Shown here one piece after another: positions 10,341 through 55,778 of a DNA stretch of 64,000 bases. The stretch spans positions 74,276,001 through 74,340,000 of the forward strand of contig NC_043007.1 in assembly GCF_006345805.1 (NCBI RefSeq). Direction: 5' to 3'. The translations under genes and the position numbers were made by a program. A model generated the notes under the pieces. It was not told the origin of the DNA, did not search any database, and saw only the letters and a program-made list of their open reading frames with translations. The stretch comes from Octopus sinensis. Taxonomy: Eukaryota. The stretch's first letter is position 1. Every line of letters starts with the position of its first letter.

Positions 10341-13225
10341 TTTAAAAAATAGTTAATTTCAGAGAAATCTGCAGTTGCAAATGTGATGAGTTTTGGTATT
10401 AGTAATGAGATGAAGTACTGGTATTTATATTGAAGTTGAGCTTACATATTTATGAAGTGAACTCATGATGGCCTTTGCCAGCTGGTGCATTTGAAATGAG
10501 ATTATGATGCTTTCCGCTAGCTGGAAAGGCATACTCATTGAAATGGACACTGCATAACAGGATCTTGGTAGCTGGAGGATCAGTATCAGGAGTGATGCAT
10601 CACAGCTGGTCAGCTGTTCTCTTTAGTGGGAAACTCTAGAAATTAATTCTTTAATGACACTCATAAATATAGCATTTGATCAAAGCTTCTGACAAGGCAG
10701 CTTCGAGCTTTAAAGTCTGATTGATGTACTAACATCATTTGGATCATCAGGGTGAGTGTATTTGGAAAATAAATTAAAAAGATTCTGTATCTGATACTAA
10801 AAGAGGAATATTTGATAAAAAAATATCATGCTCACTAATGTGAAAAATTTTGATGTACGATACACAACAATAAAGAACATATTTTCTCTTTCATATTTAT
10901 TACTTCTCTTTTATTTTCTATGTACCATTAGAAAGTATTACACACATGCACACACACACACACGCACACACACACACACGCTTGCGCGTGCACACACACA
11001 CACATGCACATACATATATTATATTCCTTTATCTCAGCAACATTTCCTGTTCACACTACATGTATAGCAAAAGAACTGTACTTTATGAATATATGAATTA
11101 CACCAATGACTGTTCAAACATATTCATATGTGTAACACTCTGTTTACGCTACATGTTAACTCGAATAGCTTTCTTTTTTATGAATGTTACAAGTGAAAAA
11201 TGTTTTTTTTATTTTGCATCGATTGCTGTCTCATTCAAACCTGGATACATACTGTTTAGCCATATTGAATACCTGCACAACATAGGCTGGGTAACATCTA
11301 TTTCTGATGGTACACTGGAAATAAAAGAGAACTTTTATTTGTGTGTGTATGTGTATATTTGTGCGTATTTATGTTTGTGTGTGTGTGCATGTGTAATTCT
11401 TTCTAATAGCTCATGGGCAAAAAGGAGAGCTTATTATGTACCATATTTGATGACATATAAGATGCACTTTTTACCCCAAATATGACTCAAAAAATCCCCC
11501 AAGGTCCTATGTGCAAAGTTGAGCTTCACATCTGATTTAATACACTAAAAACTTTTTATCCTGAATATGTGCTTCTCAAACTGGGATGCATCTAATATGC
11601 CAATGTATCTTTTATGTTACCAGTCATTGGTGTAATTCATATATTCAGTAACTCAATGGAATTGAGATATAGCAAATTAATGTCTCATTCAACATAAACA
11701 TGAGTTGTGCTGAAACTAACTAAACAAAGAAAGCAATCAATTCTACCAATTCCTTATTCTGAAGAGAAAGATTTGTTCCATTTTGAATCGTATTTATACA
11801 GCCAGTTCATTGCTAAGAGTACTGTTTCACTGGTCTAATCAAACATTGGAAAATGGATAACTAAAAGATAACTTCCCTTTGAAGGAAGTTGCTTCCCTTG
11901 AATTTTTGCATAAGGTAAATTTTTGCAAAAAATAAATCAACAGGAATATATTGGTTTCAAATTTTGGTACAGAGCCAGCAAACTTTTAGGAGTGGGGTAA
12001 GTCGATTTGATTGACCCCAGTGTTCAACTGGTACTTGTTTTTATCAACCCTGAAAGGAAGAAAGGCAAAGACAACCTCAGTAGAATTTGAACTCAGAACA
12101 TTTTGCCCAGTGTGCAAATGATTTTGTCTGCTGACCACCTTATAGGACATCAATAATATTGTTAAAACATTAGCTGATGCTGCGGACGACTTTACTAATA
12201 GATGTTGGTATATATTCTCAATGTTTCGATGAGAAGGAAGCTAAAATAAATATTGGTTTTCACTTAAAGTTGATATATCATCAGAACCTGAATTTCAGAC
12301 TAAAAACTAATAAAGTCAAATGCCAAATAGCAATGTACATCAACAAAGAATAAAGGAGAGCCATAAATCCAAAAGACAAGGGGCAGTTGGGAGAGCGCCA
12401 ATAAAACAAGAATTTGATCTGAAATCTTGACACATCTCATAGCTTGTGATTTTGTTGTTACTTCCTGTAGTGACCTACCAATGCAAAAATATTTACTTAT
12501 TGGGTCTTAAACAAACAGCCAAATGTGTCAGTTTGACCATTCTAATCATAACTCATCTTTATAACAACTTTTATAAAAACAGACAAAGACAGGTCATTTA
12601 ATCAGTCAATGCCTAGCTTTTGAGTCAGGAAGACATCATCTAAACCCCTTGCGGGTCCATATATAATTTTATTGTTAAAATTCTTTTGTGATAAACTGTT
12701 TATACTTCTACAATGCTTGAAATATTTTTTCAATTTTTATACAATTCCTAATAATATCTAATTCTAAAAATAGAATATTTTAAACAAGAAGCAAATTAGC
12801 TAGTTAAGGAAATTTTTAGAAGAGACAAAAGCAGTAATTATACTGAGAAGTAATGGTTATCACTACTTAAACACAGCTGTTCTGTAGGAACTGATATTAC
12901 TGCTATTTTAACCCAAGCTGGTCACCTCCTCCAGCTGGTTATTTGATGCAATCTGCACCTAATATATATTGCAAGTAGGGGAGTGAACTCCTACCATCTT
13001 CCAGCCACAAAATCACCAGACTGTACAGTTTAGACCTCTTTGTGGTTATCATCAGTGGTGGATGTTCATCCACTAGAGATAATAGTAGTTCACTCCAGCT
13101 CGCAATATATAGAAGACAAGAGACACACAGACACTGATCTTGCAACAAGCAAATTAGTTAGTTAAGAAAATCTCTATAAGAGATGAAAGCAGTAATTATA
13201 TTAAGTAATGTTTACCACCACTTAA

Positions 13226-13680
13226 CCTTTTCATTAACAAAACCCAGCCAAAACCAGCTCTGGCTCTGTAGTACAAATGTCTTGTTTTCATAAGTTTTGA
13301 ATTAAAATCTTTCACCAAACTTTAGTCACAATCTATGTTCCTAACACTTATTTCTTTATTGCCCACAAGAGTGGACAAAGGACAGGCAAAGGGATTAAGT
13401 CGATTACATTGACCCCAGTGCGTAACTGGTACTTAGTTTATCAACCCCGAAAGGATGTAAGGCAAAGTTGACCTCGGCGGAATTTGAACTCAGAACGTAA
13501 CGACAGACAAACTACCGCTAAGCATTTTGCCCGGCATGCTAACGTTTCTGCCAGCTCGCCGCCTTCTTATGTTCCTAACACTAGCTGAATGATAACTTAG
13601 TTATTTTACTAAATTCTTTGTTATATTTAAAAGGATTGGAAGAAACAGAGTATCTCAAGATAAATACAGTAATGAAAGGG
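13226..13680. mobile_element. piggyBac-type MITE (TTAA target) carrying a nested SINE B
   Basis: TTAA|CCTTTTCATTAAC...GTAATGAAAGGG|TTAA. The SINE at 13349-13567 is flanked by the 15-bp duplication TATGTTCCTAACACT (13334-13348 and 13568-13582). Confidence 0.75.
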
Positions 13681-14039
13681 TTAAACATGGCTGTTCCGTA
13701 GGAACCAACGTTAAACATTGAATGGCTATGGGGTCCATTCAAGTAAAATAGGAAGTAAAGGGGTCTGTAGGTAAAAAATGGTTGAGAACCATTGCTTTAG
13801 AACAACACTTGGCTGCCTTTAGGTCATTGTTGCCACAGTTGTCTTGAAGGTTACAGGGAATCATTACTAGTGCTTGTACCACATATTCTGTTAAGTGGTT
13901 AGCATTAGTAGAACATACAGCTGAAGCAGACATTGAAGTGTGATGCAATCCTCTAACCCATTGGATTCTGACAAACTGTCCAGCCCTTGCTTGCATGGAA
14001 GACCAACATTCACTGATGATGCTATTGATGATGAACCAA

Positions 14040-14440
14040 TTCTACTATATGGCTCAGAAACCTAGATGTTATCAAAGAAGCTTGACAGGTGGTTGGATGG
14101 AACTTACACTCGCCTCCTTATGAGAGCTCAAAATCTCTCGTGGAAGCATCATCCAACCAAAGTACAAATATATAGAAAACTACCACCTGTACCATCTCTT
14201 GTGAAAGGTAGAAGAGTCCAGTTTGCTAGACATTGTTGTAGAGCTGAAAATGAGGTAATTTCTACTCTTCTCCCCTGGAAGCCATCTGCTCGCAATACCA
14301 GAGGGCACACACTCTCCTACCCTGATGTAATCTCCAGGGATACAGGCATCCAGCAACAGGACCTCCGTTGCATAGTAGCATAGTAAATTCCATTGTTTCG
14401 GCCATGGTCGAACAATGATGATGATGATCTGCAGAAGAGT
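14040..14440 (+). mobile_element. LINE (RTE-like) 3' fragment
   Basis: LDGTYTRLLMRAQNLSWKHHPTK..RRVQFARHCCRAENEVISTLLPW resembles the post-RT C-terminus of RTE-type LINEs. Confidence 0.65.
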
Positions 14441-17113
14441 GGGTGTTGTTGGACCTAATGACAAGTAAGTCCTTGATGTCTTAAAGGAAAAGAGTAGTGG
14501 ATAACTGTAGTGGTTTTACATCAGAGTGTATGCCTTGTCACATCTTCACCTTCTTATCACTCTCTCTCTATCTGAGGTAACCATGCTTCTCCTCTACTAC
14601 AAGACACCTATTCTTATCTCTCAATACTACTACTCCACTCAGTCGAGGGGTCTTGTTACGATCATCTTGATGATGATGATGATAGTGATGATGATGATAG
14701 ACTTACATCATAAAATCATAAAACCTTTAAACAAACAAAAACCCATGTGTCCCTCTTTCTCAAAGCCTGTACTTCAATCTGCTAAAAATAGCAATAAAAT
14801 CTCCCTCATTTCACCCCCTACCATTTTAAATAACACATTGGACAACGTAGCCATTAATATTCAATTTCTGAAGAAAAGAGGAAACAGACAAAGTTAGAAA
14901 ACCTTTGATCATCAGTCTACTTGATCAGGGTTAACCTGGGGTTAAACAACAACAACAACAACATATTTTATAGCTCAGTATTGATTTTTAGATTAGTTTC
15001 ACAAATTCTACAGTCATTGATAATAGATTTAACTGATCTTTATGACTTTCTCCTATTGATTTTCTTGACTATATTAGCCAATTCACTTTTGAGTACGGCA
15101 TTAGTAAGCATTATACTCTAGAATATGTCGTCAGCATAGAACATACACATTTCAGCTAACTTTTCTCCTGTATATCTAACCTTTTATGGAATATATTTTG
15201 TTATGTGGGTCATATGTCATTGATATCACTGCTTGTAATGTTTTTTAAGTAGTTCTTGATTTCTTTGTAGTTTTATATAATCCCCTTTTATTGAAGTGAG
15301 AAAACTGCATGTGGTGAAAATCAGATGGAAATTAAACTTGGGTACAGATAGAAGTTATTTAGTATCATACAAGCCTTTATTTGTTAAACTAATATAAACT
15401 ACAATATATTCTGGAGACTAAAAATAAAATGCACAAAATTTCTCGGTGGATGGCTTGTTAAATTATATTTCTGGTATAAAGATTGCAGAGAAAAGAAACA
15501 GAAGAAGGAAGAGGACAATATGGTTCTCAAGCTTGAAGTGGTTGAAAGAACGAGGCATTAACTGTTTAGCATTTAAACCAACCATATTTGACCCAAAATA
15601 TTCTACCTGTTTTACATGCAAACTGTCTAGATCCAACATCTTACACCTATCCTACAATGTCATTCTGAAAATAAACAACCACATTGCTGAAATCTTAAGG
15701 CTACAAGATAATGCATGATTAATTCAAAACAATGCGAATAAATAAGGATTGCATTTGATAAAGTAACTTGAATGCTGAAAGGTTTAACAATAGGAAGTGG
15801 AACTGTTACAGAAAATAAAGAATAGAGAATTTGGACAGGACATGATTGGTCTATGCTATACATTCTGCACATGGTACCTAAAGAAAGCATAAAATTCAGT
15901 GTTATAAGGTGACAAAGGCAATGAGCTAGCAGTGTCTCAAGCAGGTCAAACAAAATACTAAGTGGTATTTTTTCTAGCTCTTTATGTTCTGAGTTCAAGT
16001 TCCACTGACGTCAACTTTGTCTTTCATCCCTTCAAGGTTGATAAAATAAAGTACCAGTCATGTATCAAGGTCCACCTCTCATCAAGATTGCTGGTCTTGA
16101 ACCCAACATCAAAGTCTCATTCAGGGGGAATGTTGTGACATCAGTCAGTTATACGCCATAAAAACTGGATAATCACCCTAGAGTTTGTGTCCTTAGAGTT
16201 TGAGGGATAAAAAAAAGCAACAAAAACCTGAGGTGACAAGAATACCTACAGAATTAGTGAAGTGTGTAAGTTATTGAAGAGATATCTATCTTAGTCCTTT
16301 TGTGTTCAGATTTCTTTGGCGTTACATCGAAGAGACCAGGGAACAGAAGAAAGAAGGAGAAAGAAGACATGTACCCAACACCAGAGCTGAAGACACCTCT
16401 GAAAGGGGGTGCGCCACAACAAAACAGTAGAGGAGTAGGGGCCAAAACCGGACGTAGTTCCTCCTGATGATGTCTTGAGCTAACTGGATCCTATAAAGGA
16501 GCTGTTGTGGTAGCAGACCACGAAACACGGTTGAAATTCCTTCACATTGCTTTGAATTAGGTACATGGCTCAGTGGTTAGGGCTGTCAGGTTCACAATCA
16601 AGAGATAGTGAGTTCAATTCCTGAACCAGGTTGTGTACTTGAGTTAAACACTTTGAGTTGTGACATCACTGATGCCAAGCTGTGTCAGACTTTACCTCTC
16701 TTGAGGCTGGTATGCATGGGCAACTGCTGGTCTTCCATAAACAACCCTACCCAAACTTGTGCCTCAGAGGGGAACTTCCTTTTATCCTTTGAATTAATCA
16801 GGCATTATTTTGTAGTTTCAAGGTTTCAATGATGTGTTTGCATATTTTTAGAGCAACATTGTACAGTAGGTGTGAGAGGTTGGATCTGGTCAGTTTCAAC
16901 ATAAAACAGGTAGAATATTTGAGCTGGATAAGGCAAGATTAAATGCTAAAGATATAAAATATGTTTGTGTGATCATGTGTTATTCATAAAAATTTCTCTA
17001 GGCACAAAATGAATTGATTTTAAAAATAATGCCAAAGAAAAAGGAAAAAAATGAGAAATTTAGTAGAGGGTGGAAAATGAAGTTTTCCAGCTTTCTTTTG
17101 TGTATAAATGTAG

Positions 17114-17124
17114 TTTATTTTATT
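17114..17124 (-). terminator. Two AATAAA polyadenylation signal candidates of the galectin gene
   Basis: Plus-strand TTTATT at 17114-17119 and 17119-17124, 13-23 nt past the TGA stop. Confidence 0.5.
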
Positions 17125-17136
17125 AAATGAATCTCT

Positions 17137-49600
<32,464 letters not shown>

Positions 49601-50257
49601 ATACGGTAATATCGAAGGTGGTTCTTGCTGCATCGTAACTAGTGTCCTATAGTTTTTTTTTAATTACTGAAACAACTTTTGTTCAGAGGTTTTCCTTTTC
49701 TGGAGTAATTTATTCCTTTCTTTCTTTATTATTTTTCTTTTTTCTTTTTTACTTGTGTAAACTTTTAATTCGCGTCTTTCAAAATCGCAGCTTAACGTGG
49801 CAACAGCACTTTAATTAAAATCTCGGTGGTTTTAACACGAAAGTTGGTTTCATCGTCTGCTTTCACTTTAATATTAAACACTTAACTCTTTCACTCTAAT
49901 ATCAAATATCATCCGAGTGGCCTCTTTACTGTTAAAAAAAAAGAAGAATTGTGTACAATAGTTAGAAGCGTCGAGATGAGCGATTCAATGTTTATTTTCT
50001 CTATTTGTATTGTTAAATATATTGACCCAAATGATTGCCTGACACTGTCCCTGGCTTTACTCTTATCTATTTAAAATTGCTTTTGTTGTCTGGTGTGAAA
50101 TTCTACAGTATTAACGTTCAAGCACATAATAATAGATTACCTCGTGATAACGTATATTTCATAAAATATTAACGCATACCAATTTTATTGTGTATGTGTG
50201 TGTGTATGCATACACTCACACATATACATACATACACACATATAAATATTCATACAT

Positions 50258-50303
<46 letters not shown>

Positions 50304-50406
50304 AATCCAAAAGGGAAACAAAAAACAACAACAACAGGAACAATTACAGTATTATTATTAATAGGCGCTCAGGAGATATATATACATACGTACATACATA
50401 CATACA

Positions 50407-50439
<33 letters not shown>

Positions 50440-51051
50440 GTCATTTTAGTAAACAAATAAATAAGTTGACATAATATGTCAAAAAGCTGATGAACCATCT
50501 ATTGATCCCCTCCATTTTCTTATTGCTCTCTCTCACTCACTCTCTCTCTCTCTCTCATCACCATCATCATTTAACGTCCGTTGTCCATGCTGGCATGGGT
50601 TGGACGCTTTGACCATAGTTAGTAAGCTGGAAAGCTACACCAAACTCCAGTCTGATTTGGCATGGTTTCTACTGCTGGATGTCCTTTCTAACGCCATCCA
50701 CTCCGAGGCTGCAATGGGTGCTTTTACGTGCCACCAGCATGGATGCAATTTGCGTGACACTGGTATCTGCTATGACTGAATTTATTTGGTTTGATGTGTC
50801 TTCTTCTCGAGCATGGTATAATGTCAAAAGTTTCAGTCATTGCCTCTGTGAGGCCCAAAGGAGTTTTTCATGTGCTGCCTGCATCAGCCACTTTGCCTCC
50901 GGGAGGCCCAACACTCGAAAGGTGCTTTTTATGTATCACCAGCATGGGTGCCAGTTACGTGACACCAGCATCAGCCACGACTACGATATCTTTCATCTTT
51001 TATCCTTTATCTGTTTCAGTCATTAGACTGCAGCCATGCTGAGGCACTGTG

Positions 51052-51450
51052 CTTCACGGCAGTGAAACATGGGCTGAGACTGCGGAGGACATGCGTAGGC
51101 TCGAAAGAAATGAAGCTAACATGATCCGCTGGATGTGTAATGTCAGAGTGCATGCACAACAGAGTGTGAGCGCCCTGAGAGAAATGTTGGACATAAGAAG
51201 CATCTGATGTGGCGTGCAGGAGAGACGTTTACATTGGTATGGTCATGTACTACAGATGGATGAGGAGAGATGTGTGAAGAAGTGCCACTCCCAAACTGTT
51301 GAAAGAATCCGGGGTAGAGGTAGACCCAGGGAGACATGGGATGAAGTGGTCAAGCATGACCTTCGAACATTGGGCCTCACAGAGGCTATGACGAAAGACC
51401 GAGACCTCTGGAGATATGCTGTGACTGCGAAGACCCAACAAATGAAGTGA
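51052..51450 (+). mobile_element. RTE-type LINE 3' end
   Basis: RLERNEANMIRWMCNV..ERRLHWYGHVLQMDEERCVKKC..GRGRPRETWDEVVKHDL. Related minus-strand pieces lie near 53400-53560 and 56900-57480. Confidence 0.8.
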
Positions 51451-51983
51451 GTTCATGGCTCGTAGGACAACTTGCTGTGCTAACCTTGGATCATAGGGTG
51501 ACCCGCTGTGCTTGAGGAGACCTATTGAGTCAAGTACATTAACATCAACATCAAAATAAAAATCAAATGGAAATTGTAGTTGAGATACCCGTACTAGTGG
51601 CATGTAAAAAGCACCATCCGATCGTGGCCGTTGCCAGCCTCGCCTGGCCCCCGTGCTGGTGGAATGTAAAAAGCACCATCTGATCATGGCCGTTTGCCAG
51701 CCTCGTCTGGCACATAAAAAGCACCCACTACACTCACAGAGTGGCTGGCGTTAGGAAGGGCATCCAGCCGTAGAAACACTGCCAGATCAGACTGGGCCTG
51801 GTGCAGCATTCTGGCTTCCCAGACCCCAGTTGAACCATCCAACCCATGCTAGCATGGAAAGCGGAGGCTAAAGGATGATGATGATGATGATATTATTATA
51901 TATATAATATATATATATATATAATATATATATATATATATACATATATATATACATATAATATACATATATATATATATATC

Positions 51984-52051
<68 letters not shown>

Positions 52052-52056
52052 TATAT

Positions 52057-52089
<33 letters not shown>

Positions 52090-52129
52090 ATTAAGGGTTA
52101 AATGCAACAAGTTGCTCAAAACCACATAC

Positions 52130-52540
52130 CGAAAATATTAGAAATAGCAGCCAAAATTGGTCACTATTTCCTCTACTAGTAAAAAGTCTCCACAAACAAA
52201 CAGAATTTGTAAGCTGTATATAGCAAAAAAGGCAGAAAATAACGAAAACCCAGCCTGTGGATTAATTATAGACGACTCGTTTCTGGATTAGAACTGAAGG
52301 TTCATTTCCTTGTCAATATAATATTTCCTATAGATCTAGAAATGCTAGGGGAAAAAAACTTACTCGTTACACCAGTACGATCTGCGACATCGGACAGCCT
52401 AACGGAACTGCTAGCATTCCTACACCTATGCCGACATGCGAATTCATATTTCCCTCCAAAATTTACCACGTGAGCTACAAAAACGTTACCAACGAAACGA
52501 AAAATTCGGAGATAACTTGTAAGGGAGCAAAAGTATTCAA
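52130..52540 (-). mobile_element. Diverged solo monomer related to the 490-bp hammerhead satellite, with decayed hammerhead
   Basis: Shares TAGAAATA(G/A)CAGCCAAAA and TAACGGAACT/TTACGGAACT with the array unit. The minus strand at 52265-52322 reads ATTATA-TTGACAA-GGA..TCC A-GAAA-CG AGT CG-TC-TATAAT. Confidence 0.45.
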
Positions 52541-53733
52541 TATGCAATAAAGGGTGGAATGTAATTAATTTAATTACATTCCACCCTTTAAATTAATTAC
52601 ATTCCACCCTTTATTGCATATATATATATATATATACATTTATATATATTTATATATATTAAGCATCTCAGCAACTATTCCTAAAGGACCACCCGCCTTC
52701 CGTACCTTCTTTAATTTTGGTGTCAACTTGAATGGCTGGTCCCTCTGTTGGGTCCTTATAGGATACAGTTTCTGTCTCCTATGCATTCTCCTCATTCAAC
52801 AATCCCTCTTAATAATACTTTCATGCTTCTTCCTTTTTGGTGTTAGTAAGGGCTAGTACAGTTGATGCTGTAGAGTAGAATTCTGCTTTTGCACTTCATA
52901 TTTGCATTTGGAAATATTCTTCGACTGGTTTTTGCTCCACCAAAATATTTTTAACATCACATATTCGAACTTACTTATCATCAGACTAATTAACAGTAAG
53001 GAACTAAAATATTTCATTACTGGTCATGCACTTGATCAAAGTAAAAAACAACCAAAAACCTGAAGCAATTTTTGACAAAGACAACATCATCATCATCATC
53101 ATCATCATCAACATCCAATGTCCATTTTCCATACTGGCATGGGTTGAACAGCTTGTCAGAAACTGGCAAGGCCAGGCACCACACCAGGTTTCATAGTCTG
53201 TTTTGGTTTGGTTTTTACAGCTGGATGCTCTTCATAATGCAAACCACTCTACTGGCTGCTTTTTACATGACACCATCACCAGTGCTTTTTAAGTGGCATG
53301 AGCACAGTGCTATTTACGTGGCACCAGCACCCACACCAATGCTTTTTATGTGGCATCTTAGTTTTAGGATCTTGATTCTGTTGTGGTGGGCAGGTCTTCT
53401 CAAGTACAGCAGTAAAATCACATACCTTTGCCCTCTGTCATCTCCTTCATAAAATTCAGCATTTTGAGATCAGTTTTCAGTACTTCATCCTATACCTTCC
53501 TGAATCACCTTCTTTCACAACTTCTCCCCACTTTAAGTGATTAGCACTTCATGATGCAACTGTTCTCATTAGCCGTAGGAGTGGTTGTGTGGTAAGTAGC
53601 TTGCTTACCAACCACATGGTTCCGGGTTCAGTCCCACTACGTGCCACCTTGGGCAAGTGTCGTCTACTATAGCTTCGGGCTGACCAAAGCCTTGTGAGTG
53701 GATTTGGTAGACAGAAACTGAAAGAAGCCCGTC

Positions 53734-53775
<42 letters not shown>

Positions 53776-54889
53776 ACATATATGTATGTATGTGTATATG
53801 TTTGTGTGTCTGTGCTTGTCCCCCAACATCACTTGACAACCGATGCTGGTGTGTTTACGCCTCCATAACTTAGCACTTCGGCAAAAAAGACCGATAGAAT
53901 AAGTACCAGGCTTACAAAGAATAAGTCCTGGGTTCGATTTGCTCGACTAAAGGTGGTGCTCCAGCATGGCCACAGTCAAAAAGAGTATTCAAGTGAAGTT
54001 AGAAGGAGAGTAAGAGAAAAGAATTTTTATCCAGAAGTTTAAACTTGTTCTGAAAGGATGACAACTACAACAGCAACAGCAGCAGCAGTGGAGGTGTAAT
54101 GGCCCAGTGGTTAGGGCAGCAGACTCGCGGTCGGAGGATCCCGGTTTCAATTCCCAGAGCAGAAGTTGTGTGTGTTTATTGAGCGAAAACACCTAAAGCT
54201 CTATGCGGCTCCGGCAGGGGGTGGTGGTGACCCCTATTGTACACTTTCACTCCAACTTTCTCTCACTCTTTCTTCCTGTTTCTTGTCCCCGACTTCCTGT
54301 GCAATTGCTGAGCCTGGATGCACATTCATCCATCCGTCGATGCTCTCAGTGTCGGTGGGGTTGACCTGCTTTCTCTTCTGTGGGTCTTACGAATAGCAAA
54401 GGACCACGTTTCGGACTTCTCCCACTACAGAGGTGCAATCTTGCGAACTCTGGGACGAAGACCGCTTTGCTCAACAAACAAACAAACAAACAAACAGCAG
54501 TAGCAACAACAAGGAGGAGGAGAAGAAGAAGAAGAAGAAGAATATTGATTAAAATTAAACTTTTCTTGAAACCATGTCACTGCACTCATCAAATCATAAT
54601 AATTTAATGAAAAAAGTCAGTCATTTCTCTTCAATTGAGAAACATGAAGCAGATTAACTGTTTGTTAATATTACTCCCATATAAACGTTTACCTTAAGAT
54701 CATTAATAACAAGTTCAATATATCAATTTTATTTGAAAAATTGTCTATTTTATTTTGCTGCTCCTATGGAACCTAAAAATACTTGTAATATTGTAATGTG
54801 TATTGATAATATTGTAAAAATACAAAAATTAAAATGTAAAAATCAGATTACTTTGGAAATCAACAGGCTTACATACATACATACATACA

Positions 54890-54954
<65 letters not shown>

Positions 54955-55365
54955 CCGTGGTAGCATGTGTAAAAAGATTCAAGTGAGGTCATTGCCAGTA
55001 TCGCCTGACTGGCCCCGTGCCAGTGGCACATAAAATGCACCCACTACACTCTCGGAGTGGTTGGCATTAGGAAGGGCATCCAGCTGTAGAAACTCTGCCA
55101 GATCAAGATTGGAGCCTGGTGCGGCCATCTGGTTCGCCAGCCCTCAGTCAAAATCGTCCAACCCATGCTAGCATGGAAAGCGGACGTTAAACGATGATGA
55201 TGATGATTGATTATATATATATATATATTTAACTCCAAAAAAGTTAGAGGTTGTGTGTATAACACCCAATTATTAATACACAAGTGTTTTTATTGCATTG
55301 CAATTAACTTACCTAGTGTATTGAATGGGTGGAGGTAAAGAGATATTTTACCATTAATTTATATT

Positions 55366-55526
55366 GCAAATAAGAAAATGGGGGAACACAATAGTTGGTT
55401 CATCAACTTTAAGACATTAAAAATGTTAACTTATTTATTTATTAAACTGATAAATAAATAAGCTAACATTTTTAATGTCCTAAAGTTGATGAACCAACTA
55501 TTTTGTTCCTCCATTTTCTTATTTGC
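55366..55526. repeat. 160-bp foldback
   Basis: GCAAATAAGAAAATGG..AATAGTTGGTTCATCAACTTTA.GACATTAAAAATGTTA is mirrored on the right with few mismatches. Confidence 0.85.
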
Positions 55527-55708
55527 TATATATATATATTATAGGCGTAGGAGTGGCTGTGTGGTCAGTAGCTTCCTTACGAACCATATGGTTCTGGGTG
55601 CAGTCCCACTGCGTGGCACATTGGGTAAGTGTCTTCTACTGTAGCCTCGCGCCGACCAAAGCCTTGTGAGTGGATTTGGTAGACGGAAACTGAAAGAAGC
55701 CCATCATA

Positions 55709-55778
<70 letters not shown>

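Noticed and set aside
54405-54435. Minus-strand GTCCGAAACGTGGTC, hammerhead-like
   Set aside because: The upstream core reads CTGTAGT and there is no stem I.
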